Notes under the pieces: generated by a model | The model's database searches: none | What the model saw: only the letters and a program-made list of their open reading frames with translations | What the model was told of the DNA's origin: nothing | Program-made: the position numbers and the translations under genes | In this document: piece after piece, positions 12,887-26,549 of the stretch | Layout: every line of letters starts with the position of its first letter | How positions within the stretch are numbered: position 1 is the first letter of the stretch | NCBI RefSeq assembly: GCF_006345805.1 | Contig: NC_043002.1 | Coordinates: forward strand, 64,356,001 to 64,420,000 | Origin: Octopus sinensis | Taxonomy: Eukaryota | DNA length: 64,000 nt | Direction of reading: 5' to 3'

Positions 12887-14478
12887 GCAATTGATATATT
12901 TGCACAATCTGAGGATATATTTTCCATGGTGAGAAATCCTAATCTAACCGATTCTCTGTCTTGAAATCCTTGTATCGTTTTTGTGGAATCATTGTTGCAG
13001 TATCGTTTTGAAACAGTTCGTTTTTGCTTATAAATCATTATGCGTTTGCTCTATTTCATTGCCTTTGTTGCTTTGAAGCTAGAGAATGCGTTAATGTTGT
13101 TTGGGTAGGCCTAGTAAATTATCCACGAAACTTTTAGATTGTTCAGTCTCAGTAAAATTAAGTTCAGTTTTCTCAACCGTTTTCACGTGATGAAGATGAT
13201 AAATGCCTTGTTGTTTTAATCGAATTTAACCTGAAACGATTCTAGAGGAAATTTTAATAGTACGTTGATGATTCGTCATAATTTCCGATAGAATATAATA
13301 CAGTTTTATATTCATTATATGACCCTACATTTTAAAGAGTCATTTGCATGATTTGAGAAATATTACTTGCTACTTCTCAGGATGTTTGGTCTCCTAGACA
13401 CTTCTTAAATCTAATTGAGATACCAATGCAAAATTGAGAGCAGGGAAATTCCACATTATGGTTTAAACGTGTATTAAACGTCTGGAGTCCCAGACCTTGT
13501 AGAACCGGTTATCCTTGTTCAATGGCGTAAATTTGACCGTGATCAAAATATTAGCTCTGAACGGGTAGCCATGAAACGATATATTTGACAGATAAACTAC
13601 TGTCAGTGCAACACCTTAACTAAAAGGCTACACGCCTTCAAAAATATCAAAACATCGATACAGTCATTGATAGCTTTGAAAAGGAGTAGGTGTTCCTTGG
13701 CTTTGGCGAATCAAATAGTGTCCCAAAATGAACACCTAAATCGAGATTTCCAATTAAATCACACAAACTTTGAAATTACACGGTTACACTATCTACGGTT
13801 TAAAATGTCTATTAACCCTTCTTTCACTATCATTTAATAGTGATAAGGTTAGTGGATGTCTAGCCGATTTTTTGTTTCCATTAATCAATTGGTCTCTGAT
13901 ACAGTGCAACTTAGCGTAGGAAATAAATAAATTTCATGACTGTTGGTCTCTCGTAGAAACAATTCAAACGCTTACTCCAGACATTCTATTATGTAACGAT
14001 GAGAAAGAAAAAAATAACAAGAAACATAGACAAATATATACGAAGCAGACAAATTATGTCTAATAAAAATAACCTTGATTCTGCAGCGTTGGTAATTGTC
14101 AATATCAGTCAAATATTTAAACAAACAGCCAACAGAACAGAAGGCGTTAACAAGGAAAGCATTAGTGAAATTGTTTATTCTGTCATTTTGTCTGCGTCTT
14201 CCAGACATTTCATACAGTAACACCCAAATATAAAACGCAATCATTGACATATACAAAACGTGCTTACACACGTATATACAGAAAAATAAATGCATATGCA
14301 TTTAGTCGTATAAACACAGTGCAGAGGCACATATAAATACAAAGAAATATATATTCATACAAAATACAATTGACTTAACACATATATGTAACATTCTTAT
14401 CTCAGTTAATCTGCCAGTAGTAATTGAAATACAGATGTGTGTATTTGAGTCTATAGTGTGTGCGTATTCATTGTCTTA

Positions 14479-14710
<232 letters not shown>

Positions 14711-15241
14711 ACACATGCACACTTGTGTATATGTATGTGTACATCCTGGCTCAAACATACGCATATAAGTATATAAATGGACGCCTGCATAAATATGACT
14801 GCATAAATACTGCAAATATATGACTGCGTACATAACATCTACATTATACGTCTGTCGATGTCTGCGCATTATTTTATTGCTACAGCTTATCATAGGACTT
14901 AGGAAAAATATCAATTAAAGAAACGATATCAATATGACAATGATAACCGTATCAATGATTGCATTTTGTTGTTTAGTTTGTTTTGCAAATGTTTTTGGTT
15001 TGTTGGTTTCCTGATATTGTTGTTGTTGTTGCTGTTTTGTTGGTATTGTGTGTGTGATGATGGTAGAGCTGGTTGTGCTGAGGATTATGGGAGTGGTGCT
15101 GGTATTAGTGACTTGTATAGGCTAGAAGTCGCTGATAATGAGTACGACCGAGGAGAAGAAGATGACTGTGGAGATGAAGAAGAAGAAGATGTTGACAATG
15201 ATGAAAATGATGATGTAACGACAATGTAAACGAGAACGTTT

Positions 15242-15359
15242 ATGATGATGACGAGGTTAATAATGACCACGATGATGATGATGATGACGATGATGATATT
15301 GATGTTGATAATAATGATGATAATGATCGTGATGATGGTGATGATGATGGTGGTGATGG

Positions 15360-15403
<44 letters not shown>

Positions 15404-15521
15404 TTGATAATGATGATGATAATGATGTTGATAGTGATGATGATGATGATCGTGATGATCGTCATGATGATGATAATGATGGTGATGATGATGATGGTGA
15501 TGATGATACTGATGATGATAT

Positions 15522-15596
<75 letters not shown>

Positions 15597-15645
15597 CGAT
15601 GATGGTGATGATGATGATGACGATGATGATGATGGCGCCACGACG
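15242..15645. repeat. ~400-bp (GAT)n microsatellite
   Basis: Direct reading. It is the source of the poly-M/H/I ORFs. Confidence 0.95.
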
Positions 15646-16056
15646 ATAACGATGATGACAAGGTGAAGTAGCAGTAGGATCATTATGAATAGCATGGTTA
15701 TGATGAAGATGACGACGTTACTGAGGAGGAGGACGACGGCTATCACGTCTGCTGCGCCGCTGCCACCGATGATGACAACGATCATGACGAGATGCGAGAA
15801 AACTATACCAGCAAGAAAAGATGATGAATAGCGCGATGTTTATAATGAGAAAGATGAAAAGACGTAGAAATTGTAATATATTAATAATCAAGACTACGTG
15901 TGATAATGGGGATGATAAAGATAATAACGATGACTATATTCCACTCGATGAGGAGGAGGGGGGGAGGGGAGGGGGAGGAGAAGGATGAGGAGGAAGCGGA
16001 GGTGGAGAAGAAGGAGTTAGGTAAATGTTAGCTGTGATGAAGTCTCTACACCCCCG

Positions 16057-16627
16057 TTATTCTTTTCTACTCTAGGCACAAGGCCGGAAATTTTGAGGGG
16101 AGGGAGACAGTCGATTAGATTGACCTCAGTAGGCAACTGGTAGTTAATTTATCAACACACCCGAAAGGATGAAAGGCAAAGTCGACCACGGCGAAATTTG
16201 AACTATAGCTGAAATAACTATTTCTTTACTACCCCCAAGGGGTTAAACACAGAGAGGACAAACAAGGACAGACAAACGGATTAAGTCGATTAAATCGATC
16301 CCAGGGCGTAACTGGTACTTATTTAATCGGCCCCGAGAGGATGAAAGGCAAAGTCGACCTCGGTGGAATTTGAACTCAGAACGTAGCGGCAGACGAAATA
16401 CATGTCATTACTACCCACAAGGAGCTAAACAGAATGGAAAACAAGGACATACAAACGGATTAAGTCGATTATATCGACTCCAGTATGTAACTGGTATTTA
16501 TTTAATTGACCCCGACAGGATGAAAGGCAAAGTCGACCTCGGCGGAATTTGAACTCGGAACGTCAATATAAACGAAATCCCGCTAAGCATTTCACCCGGC
16601 GTGCTAACGTTTCTGCCAACTCGCCGC
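16057..16627 (-). mobile_element. Trimeric tRNA-derived SINE (family B)
   Basis: Three ~175-180-bp units contain ggatgaaaggcaaagtcgacc...aatttgaact. A complete tRNA-like head (gcggcgagttggcagaaacgttagcacgccggg) is present only in the 5'-most unit. Confidence 0.85.
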
Positions 16628-16904
16628 TTTAGCAAGACCCCGGGTACTGTTATACAAATGTGTTACTATTTTATTTCTCATATGCCACTGGTGAAGCATA
16701 CACTTTGCTGGAAGATAATAGTAGGTCCTGATGGATAATAGGTTGGGAAAAAATGGTGGGAGCATCACTGATGTTTAATTCATCTTAGTCCTGCTGTAAG
16801 CAATGAGGAGTGTCATATCGTGTACCAGTAGTGATGCAGGTAGAACGTAACAAGACGATTAAAAACTTCTCCTTCTGCTGCTGCTAATATTACGAATCCT
16901 ACAA

Positions 16905-16905
16905 T

Positions 16906-16995
<90 letters not shown>

Positions 16996-17146
16996 AGCTG
17001 CTGCTGCTGCTACTACTACAACTACTACTAGTATAGTAATTATTGCTATACTGTGGCTACTTTTACTACTTATGCTATTACTATTATTACTTGCTGGTAC
17101 GACTGCCGATACTCATACTATCATTATTGCAAGAACAACAACATAG

Positions 17147-17186
<40 letters not shown>

Positions 17187-17206
17187 AACCACCACCACCA
17201 TCCATA

Positions 17207-17253
<47 letters not shown>

Positions 17254-17280
17254 ATATTAATTATAATAATAATAATAATG
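16905..17280. repeat. Compound (CTA)n/(CTG)/(AAT) microsatellite
   Basis: Direct reading. Confidence 0.9.
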
Positions 17281-17699
17281 CCAACATTTTAATAATGAAT
17301 TATTTATGATCATCTCCAGATTGTTTCACAAAGATGTCCTCAGTCCTCAGTAGGTTTTCACCTCATGGTTATTTGAATACGTTACATTTATGATTCGGTT
17401 AAGCGACATCTCTGTAATATATTTTCTCATTCAGGCATAACTCCCGATACCATCCTATATTTCGCATTGAGGCATTGTGAAATGCCCCCGTTTTTAAGCA
17501 TTCTTTAAATGTAATTTAGCTAATTACCAGTAATAATTACTGGGGGACTATTATTCAGAGCATGCGGTTTATCATCATTTTTCAGATTCATTAAACTCCT
17601 TATTATATCAGTGCAACTGATATAATTACCTTTTATGTTCATACGTATTTACCATCATTAAAATACTCGTATTTCTATCTGTGCTTAGTTGTTTGCACG

Positions 17700-17876
17700 C
17701 TGGATGAAATGCTTAACAGTAATTCGCCTGTCGCTACGTTCTGAGTTCAAATTCTGCCGAGGTTGACTTTGACGTTCATCTTTTCGTAGTGCGATAAATT
17801 AAGTACAAATTGTGTAATCGAATGGCCGCCTCCCCCAAAATTTCAGGCCTTGTGCCTATAGTCGAAAATATTATTT
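17700..17876 (+). mobile_element. 5'-truncated family B SINE
   Basis: ctacgttctgagttcaaattctgccgagg...caaaatttcaggccttgtgcctatagtcgaaaatattatt matches the reverse complement of the 16057-16627 units. Confidence 0.8.
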
Positions 17877-19246
17877 ATCTACATGAACCTGTATTACATA
17901 GGATCTGAATCAAGATTTACAGCCAGTTATTTTGACATAACCTGTCTTCTTTCGTTTCTTTCTCAAACTGGTTCGAGCAATCGCTGCTTCTATTCTCACG
18001 TTCCTCATTTATCCTCTACGATAGGAGGAAGTAGGAAGGGTCGAGTGGTGTTGTAATTTTGACCGTTCAATCGCGCCCACAGAGGAAACTTGCGGTAACC
18101 CTCTTACAGCATCTTCGACAAATGACAAATGATTTCTGCCTTCAGGTTTATTAAAAGCATTGCTAAATGTGAGCATGTGTCGTCATTTCCAAACGCTGAT
18201 ATATCATCCTTATATGCCAGCATGCGTAACTCGATATTTTACAAAGCTCTGAGGCGTAGGTCATATTTCTTCCTAATTTTCTCATTAAAATTCTAGCATT
18301 TCTTCCATGCCTTCCTAACGCGTTCTAAATGCTGTTGGTGATTCTGCCGCATAAACAAACGTTAGCATTCAAACACTTCGAAGTCTGTTGTCAATTGTCG
18401 TATTGTTCTATTGGATGTCTTTTGTTTTTATTTTGTTTGTTCTTTATTTTTTTGGCGGAGCAAAGTGTAGTTCTGAACGTAGCCCTCGGTTGCTGTTACA
18501 TTGCTGTTTATGCTGTTACTCCTCAAATCCCCCCCAGCTGTGTTTTCTGCTTTTCTTTTTACAATTCTTCTTTTGTCTCTGCCCAGCGTGCTCTTGATGA
18601 TGTTTTTTTTTTCTTTTTTGATCACATTAATCTTCACTGTAACACTTTGATTTCGATAATTTTGAAATTGTTATTCCTCTTGCTGAGATAGTTACTCTTG
18701 TGATTGCAGCTAAATAATTTATTCTGCCTATCCATTTACTCTACAATGTTGCAATATGCTTGTGTTGTTAACTATCAAACGTAGTAGACAACGTTTGCAA
18801 ATGTGGTGAACGAGAAGCTGTGAAAAACAATATTCTTCCCTCGTTAAAACACATTTTTATTAAAACACCGCCTCTATTGAACAACAAATGTGTCACCATC
18901 TTTACCTTTAGAGATATCCGCTTCCATATTTTAATTTTTTTTAAACTTATAGACCTAGTCATATGAAAACTAAGCACTTGTTGGTTCCTTTACTGTGGTG
19001 TGTTATCTCGCAATAAAGTAGCACAAAAATTCTCCATAGCAAATCGCTAACAAGACAAACACACAACCATTTTGCAATTACAGAAAAAAACAGACTCACG
19101 TCATTATATGAATAACAACACAGAGTAAAAGAAAGGATGGGAAGAAGATGAAGAAGAAAAAAAGAAGGAAGGGGAGGTGGAGGTGGAGAAACGAAGGAGA
19201 AAAGAACAACAAGAAAAAGAAGGGGGAGGAGAAGAAGAATTTCTAA

Positions 19247-19247
19247 C

Positions 19248-19304
<57 letters not shown>

Positions 19305-19358
19305 AAGTAGTAGTAGTAGTAGTAATAGTAGTAGTAGTAGTAGTAGTAGTAATAGTAC

Positions 19359-19439
<81 letters not shown>

Positions 19440-19575
19440 CATCAGTAGGAGGAGGAGGAGGAGAAGATGAAGAAGAAGAAGAAGAAGAAGAAGAAGAAGA
19501 AGAAGAAGAAGAAGAAGAAGAAGAAGAAGAAGAAGGAGAAGAAGAAGAAGAAGAAGAAGAAGAAGAAGAAGAATT
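19247..19575. repeat. Compound (AGT)n/(GGA)/(GAA)n microsatellite
   Basis: Direct reading. Confidence 0.95.
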
Positions 19576-20848
19576 ATTCAAGAAAGAAGAGGGCGATAAT
19601 ATTTATCTCGTGGTAATTGAAAATGATGCAATCTCTATTATACGCCTTGGGAATGATAAGAAGCGAAAAATAAAAGAATAATAAAGAAAGAAACTCTGAG
19701 AAACATATAAAATAATAAATTCAAAAAGAAAATAAAGAAAAGTAATTTCCACGTTAAGGTTTTACATGTTGGAAATTTTCGAAGAAAATCTCACGAAAAA
19801 AATGTAAGGAAAAAAAGTAAATATTTGGAAGAGATATGAAAAGATACTGACCCATGCTGAAGTTTTACGGAGTAACAATAACTTTTATAAAATGCTAAGA
19901 TGTAAATGAAGATTACTTTTCCTTTTTTTTCTGTCAGAAAATAATGAGGTATATAGCAGTATCTAAGCAATGCTCAGCAGCGTTGTATATCTTAGTTCAG
20001 ACTTAGATAGTTGTTACATTGTATGCAGGTATTATTCGCTCACATAAACAATAGTTCACAGAAGATTCTCCTAAGAAATAAGGAAACCTGACGTCACAGT
20101 TTTATGCAACGTAAAAGAAATAAAAGAGAGAGAGAAAGGGGGGGGAGAGATAGAGAGAGAGAAAAAACTGCCGATGTTTTATACAAATACTATAAAGCAA
20201 AGTTTCGCGTTTCTGGAGTCACAATGTCCACTGTATTCTATATGGAATCAGAAAATCAAAGCTTCTCATCATCATAGCAATCATTTCTTTACTGTTATGT
20301 TGATATTTTTTTGGCTTTTATTTTTTTGTATACCTACATGTAACTATCTCCTTTCTTATTCTTGTCTAGCATCAGAGACTGAATAGTACTACTATTGTAT
20401 TTACTTAACAACAGTACGTAAAGGAGATGGCATACAAACAAATGGAACAGAGATAGATGATATAGCAGTTTCTAAAGGATTTTGCATTATAAAATGGCGT
20501 ATTTTATTTTCCAGTTATATTAAATGCATTTCAAACACATTCCTTACTTTATTTATTTATATACTTCTTGTTCAACTATGTGTGTTTATTTCTGCGCACA
20601 ACTCTTATGGTCGTCTTTCTTGTCTTCCATTTGAAATCCCTTTTCGATGTACTCTCTGTAATAGTAATAAGCATTCACAGGAGAAAGCAGAAGAGATTTG
20701 AAAATATAATAGAATGTACACAGAGACGTAACTTTTGCTGTGATTCCTTGAGTCCTATGTGTTTGTGTGTGAGTGTGTGTACAATTACACATATCTATGC
20801 GTGAGTGTGTGTGTGTGTGTGTATGAATATATGTATTCCAGTATGTGT

Positions 20849-20941
<93 letters not shown>

Positions 20942-22714
20942 GGTAAATAGGTACTCACACACACAAAAACATAAACATATACTTATATATATATAACACC
21001 TATATAGACAGGCACACTCTAATACGTACACATATATGCATCACATACATATTGCTATGCATATGAGAGAGAGGAAGAGAAAGAAAGAAGGAGAGTAATG
21101 CTGTTCTTTAAAACACATTTTTTACATATGAAGTATTTATAGAAGTGTGGAAAATATTAAGAACATATTTCAAAGTATAGCGAATACAAGCGTGCATAAG
21201 TAAATCTAACATTTGAAGAATAATTCCAAGGACGAACAATTTAGGACTGTAAAGAAACGAAATAGCCTTGAAATAAATGAAAGAAATTTAAAAGATACGA
21301 TATATTTCATTATGTTAGGAACCAAAATTCATACTTGCTCGCAACATTAACATACTGATTCTGTCAAAATCCTACAGCCATTCTTTTTTCGTTTCTCATA
21401 TATTTATATATCACTGTCTGTTACAGTTACAGGGACCCCTGAGAATACTATGAGAGATGGAGTATGGTTCTATCATACTGAAAATTTATCCCGCATCCAT
21501 CATACAGTGAGAGCACCGCTATAAGAACCGAAAATGTCAAGTGATCTTGTCGAACTTGGCAATGCATTAAGTCTGTGAATGTAAGAATCGAAGAAGGGAT
21601 TTCCACTGAGAAAAGAAAAGAAGTCAACATTTCCTTAAATTATCCTCACTGATGTTTATGAAACTCTGCTAACCTACTGACGCTGAATGACGAAAAGCTT
21701 GTGAGGCACTCAGCCGTCAAAGAATATTCACAACTGTTATGAGATATTTTGTCTGATGCTCTAATGAGTATGTTTATGTTTTTACTTCAAATCCCACTCG
21801 GGTCAGCTTTCATTTATATTTCATAGCTCTTATTGAACTCAGTGTGCCCTCTTAAGTGAAGAGTTCTAGCTCTAATAAAATGAACATCTCAAAGGATTAA
21901 TGTGGTTATCTGTATAGCGTCGCACAAAAAGAGAACTTGTGTTTCTTTATGTCTTATGGTATTAGTTCAAATATAATAGAATTTAAGGATTCCTCACATT
22001 AATATGTCCTTCATGAAGTAAACGATGGTAATTTAAACAATTTAGCCGATTAAATCAGTCCTGTCCATAACAGGAGTATTACCAATTTTGGAAAATATGA
22101 AATTCGTTTCCTGGTTTGCGAGGAAGAATATTAAAAACAAATATTTATACATATTCTTTCTTTAACCTACACACCAACGCAAATCATTATCAGTGTCATT
22201 AATATATATTGTCGACTGATGAAAACAAATCTGTCTATTTTGCCTGAATGGGTGATTGCATGCATTTTGATGAGTGACCGCACTGTTGACAATTGCTGAA
22301 TGATACGAAACAGATCATTTGAAGCCTGTGTCGAAGATTTTATGAGCAGTGACGTGTTTTTACAGTTCAAATTCATTTTGTCTTTCATGTTTATTCTTTC
22401 GATGAGAAAAAAAACTCTTCTGATGCGAATCGATAGAAAAGTAAATTTTAAAGCTATGCTGAAAATGTTAGATACGAGCACAGATTACACACGTTACATT
22501 TGCAGTTGATTTGCAGAAAACATTTGGCGCAGAATAAAATATATTACCGTGCCTTGCCAGAGTACACACTACCTTTCAATACTTCGGGCTTTATACAGTA
22601 CAAGTAAAGTGTATTTAATAAAAGGGCCATATCAGATGTTGTACAGTGGGGACAATTATTAATGAAAGTAAAGAAATAAATACGTGATCTTCTCTGTTTA
22701 GTGTCACGCATCAC

Positions 22715-22856
22715 ATTTCTTCCGGCATTGGGTTTAGGGTTCAAATCCAACCGACGGTCAGCTTTGCTTTTCAGACATTCGATGGTTATGAAATTAATAC
22801 CATTTCAAACGTACCCACTCACTCAAATTTCGGGCCACTTGCTTTAGTAGAAGGTA
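22715..22856 (+). mobile_element. Degenerate family B SINE whose 3' tail runs into the (ATT)n array
   Basis: gttcaaatccaaccgacggtcagctttgcttttca...caaatttcgggccacttgctttagtagaaggtattat aligns with the copy at 17700-17876. Confidence 0.65.
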
Positions 22857-22868
22857 TTATCATTATTA

Positions 22869-22953
<85 letters not shown>

Positions 22954-22956
22954 CAT
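22856..22956. repeat. (ATT)n array, left boundary of the R4/Dong cluster
   Basis: Direct reading. Confidence 0.95.
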
Positions 22957-23054
22957 TCAGTAGTTATATTTTTATAGCGTGCTTTCACTTCACTACCGAG
23001 CGCAGCTCTGTGTGCCTTGGGTATGTGCTGTGATTTGTTGTGATTCTCTGATGG

Positions 23055-23833
23055 TTATTGTATGGAAAGTGTTCTGCGTAGGATGTGTGCAGTGCCTAGT
23101 AGTGCAATTTTCTGTATGCTATATGTGTTTATAAGTCCTGGTGTTTTTGTTATGTATTTGTCTGAATATTTTTTTATCATGCCTAATGCACCTGCTATGA
23201 TAGGAATTGTTTCTGTTTTTAGATTCCACATTCTGGTTACCTCTATTTCCAGGTATTTGTATTTTGAAAGTTTCTCCATTTCTTTTAGAGACACGTTGTC
23301 ATCTGCCGGTATTGATACATCAATTAAAAAGCGTTATTTTCTTCATGATCTCTGACAACTATATCTGGTCTGTTGGCCTTAATTTCTCTATCTGTGTGTA
23401 TCGGCATATCCCAGAGTATGGTTGCTTTCTCGTTTTCTGTGACCTTTTCTGGTGTGTGCCTATACCATCTTTTTTCTGTTGTTATTCCATAATGTTGGCA
23501 TAGCTTCCAGTGTATGTAGGTTCCAACATTGTCATGTCTGTGAATATATTCCTTCTTAGCTAGGATTGGGCAGCCAGAGATAATATGATTTATTGTTTCT
23601 TGTCCATCTCCACATATTCTGCAGTTACTTGTTATATTTCTTTTCATTACATGTTTTTGGTAACTTCTGGTGGGGAGGCTTTGGTCTTGTGCTGCAATTA
23701 AAAATCCCTCTGTCTCTGCTTTGAGTCCTGAGCTTCTCAACCATTGCTGGGATTTTTCTTTGTCTATTTCTTTTGCGTTTAGTTTAGTCCAGTATTTACC
23801 ATGAAGGGGCTTTTCTTGCCATCGTTTTATCAT
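23055..23833 (-). pseudogene. CCHC finger + restriction-like endonuclease of copy 1 (frameshifted)
   Basis: ORFs 23324..23833 and 23055..23294. Confidence 0.9.
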
Positions 23834-23972
23834 GGTTCGTTGCTGTTCTGTTTTAGTTTGGATTTCATTTGTTTTATAGCCTTTGTTGTTTCTTCATTTT
23901 CTTCTTCTTCTTCTTCTTCTTCTTCTTCTTCTTCTTCTTCTTCTTCTTCTTCTTCTTCTTCTTCTTCGTCTT

Positions 23973-24003
<31 letters not shown>

Positions 24004-24479
24004 TTTATTAGGTGGTATGATTTCTTGTTTGTATTTGTCAGCTTCCTTAAATACTGAGAACAGTTTTTTATTTTGCTGGTGTTTTGCCGCTATTTGTATC
24101 AGTTTTCCTTCCTTCTGAAGTAGATATTTTTGCAGTCCTATGGTGGTTATTTTATAGTAGTTTTCCAGCTGTATAAGGCCTCTACCACCTTCTATACGTA
24201 GTATATATAGTCTTTCTATGTCAGATTTTGGGTGATGCATCCTAGACCCTGTCATTATTTTTCTTGTTTTCCTATCTATTTTGGTCAGTTCATTTAGTGT
24301 CCAGTTAAGGATATTGTAGCTGTAACTTATAACTGGGACAGCTAAAGTGTTAATACCTATTATCTTGTTTTTACCATTGAGCTCTGTTTTTAGTATTGAT
24401 CTAACTCGTCTATAATATTTTTTTAAATTTTCTCTTTCATTTGTGTGTGTTGTGTCTTATCTAGTTCATGGATTCCTAA

Positions 24480-25348
24480 TTATTTGTAAGTTTGGCTTTG
24501 GTCTAATTCTTTTATTTCACTGGTTTTATCTAGTGTGATGTTGTTACTCTTAACTAGTTTTCCTCTTTTCATGGTTACTTTGGCGCATTTTTCTAATCCA
24601 AATTTCATATCTATTTCTTTGGTAAATCCATGAACTTTCTTTAATAGTGTTTCCAGCTGTTTGTCATTTGCAGCGTATAATTTTAGATCATCCATATATA
24701 AAAGGTGGCTGATCATTTTGCCGTAACATTTATATCCGCATCCAGTTCTATTTAGCATATCAGATAGAGGTGACAGTGCCAAGCAGAAAAGGATTGGAGA
24801 GAGAGTGTCTCCCTGGAATATTCATCTTCTAATGGGGATGGCTTTGGTTTTCATGAGTCCCTCTTTTGTTTGGAGCTGTAGTACGGTTTGCCATTTATTC
24901 ATAGAGCGCCCTATGAATTTTATAAGGGTTGGTGCTACTTTGTTAATAGCTAGTGTTTCGAGGATCCATGTGTGGGGGGATGCTATCAAACGCGTTTTTG
25001 CAATCGATCCAGGCCATACTGAGGCCTTTCTTCTTTCTGTGGCTGTCTTCAGTTATGGCTTTATTAATCATTAGTTGATCTTTACAGCCATATGAGCCTT
25101 TGCGGCATCCTTTCTGTTCTTCTGGAAACAGGTTGTTTTCGTCCAGGTGCTTGTTCAACCTTTGCGATAACACTGCAGTAAGTGTCTTGTATATTGTAGG
25201 GAGACAGGTTATTGGTCTGTAGTTTTCTGGTTTTGCTGTCCCATTTGATTTGGGTATTAAGATGGTTTTCCCCCTTCGTGAGCCATTCAGGCATTGTCTC
25301 TGGCTCTGCTAGCATGCTGTTAAAGTTTTCAGCCAGCTTTTTGTGCAT
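24480..25348 (-). pseudogene. Reverse transcriptase of copy 1 (fragmented)
   Basis: ORFs 24480..24782, 24943..25173 and 25082..25348. Confidence 0.9.
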
Positions 25349-25699
25349 TCCTGTTAGATATTTCTACCAGAAGTTGGGGATCTTGTCATGCCCAGGTGCC
25401 TTCCAGTTGCTTAGTCTTTGCAGTGCCTGGGTGACCTCTTCAGTTGTTATAGGGGTCCAAAGTTGCTCAGATGCTGAGTTTGTTGTTTTGATACTTCTTT
25501 TTTTTTGTTGTTCGTTCGCCGACCATATTTCTCTCCAGAATTCTTCCACTTCTTCTGCCGTTGGTGCTGTAGTGATTTCTATTTTATTTTTATTTTTGCC
25601 AAGTTCTTGGTAGAACTTTTTGGGGTTGGATCCTTTGTGCTTTGGCAAGGATATCTTGCTTCAACTTTTCTTTTATTATTATTATTATTATTATTATTA

Positions 25700-25748
<49 letters not shown>

Positions 25749-25775
25749 GTTATTATTATTATTGTTATTATTATT

Positions 25776-26476
25776 CCTTCTTTCTTCAAATTTTCTTCCG
25801 TTTCTCGCCGAGTGTTTTACGTACACCTAGGTCAGAGAAGCTCATTGAATGCATTCCCAGATTACACATGCAAATTCACCGGTAAAATATGTATTTAAAA
25901 ACAATAAATAAATAAATTCATGAATGGACGTTTTCACAGCGATAATGCTCTTCTCAGTATGTGAGCCGTTCCAGTTAACACGATTTTATTGCACTTCCTG
26001 TAGGGATGGTAAACCTGGTATCATTTTCAAACAGGGTCCGGTACATTTTTTTATCATTCCTAGAGATCCTACAATCACTGGTACTGTAGTCGCCTTAAGA
26101 TAACACATATTTTCAAATTCTATTAGGAAGTCTTTAGGTTTACTGATCTTGTCAAATTCTTTTGCCGGTATATTGTGATCGCAAGGAATACTCATGTCAA
26201 TTAATAAACACACCTTTTTGTCTGATCTTTTATAATAATATACGGTTTATTAGCTTTTATAGTTTTCTCGGGGAAGTACAGGGAAGCCTCATAGAATCGA
26301 CGTATTTTCTCCCTCAGTCACAGCTTCAGGATGGTGTTTATATCATTTGTCAGCGGTTTTGATTTTATAATGCCAACATATTGTCCAGTGTAAATACTGA
26401 CCGACTCTGTCATGTCTTGCTTTATATTCTACATGTGCTAAGACTCTACACCCTGAGATTAGGTGGTCTATAGTTT
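25776..26476 (-). mobile_element. R4/Dong copy 2 (3' ~700 bp: RLE + 3' UTR)
   Basis: ETIDHLISGCRVLAHVEYKARHDRVGQYLHW...CLLIDMSIPCDHNI...VPVIVGSLG. Bounded by (ATT)n and (TTC)/(ATT)n. Confidence 0.9.
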
Positions 26477-26549
26477 CTTCTTCTTCTTCTTCTTCTTCGA
26501 ATTATTATTATTATTATTATTATTATTAATATTATTATTATTATTATTA

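Larger units (their letters stand above)
22957..25673 (-). mobile_element. R4/Dong-clade non-LTR retrotransposon copy 1 (5'-truncated, decayed)
   Basis: ORF fragments show RT motifs (QKGCRKGSYGCKDQL, LSPL, HLLYMDDLKLYA), LYILRIEGGRGL, a CCHC finger (CRICGDGQETINHIISGC), RHD, and RLE (NRPDIVV...KYKYLE...PIIAGALG). Both ends abut (TAA)n. Confidence 0.93.

Noticed and set aside
16057-16627. Regularly spaced ~180-bp repeats as a CRISPR-like array
   Set aside because: The units are SINE-derived with conserved rather than unique spacers, and the context is eukaryotic.
22167-22481. Minus-strand ORF ending ...KIDRFVFISRQYILMTLIMICVGV, faintly like a Cys-loop receptor TM4
   Set aside because: The putative TM contains polar residues, spacing is wrong, the splice acceptor is unconvincing and no other exons were found.
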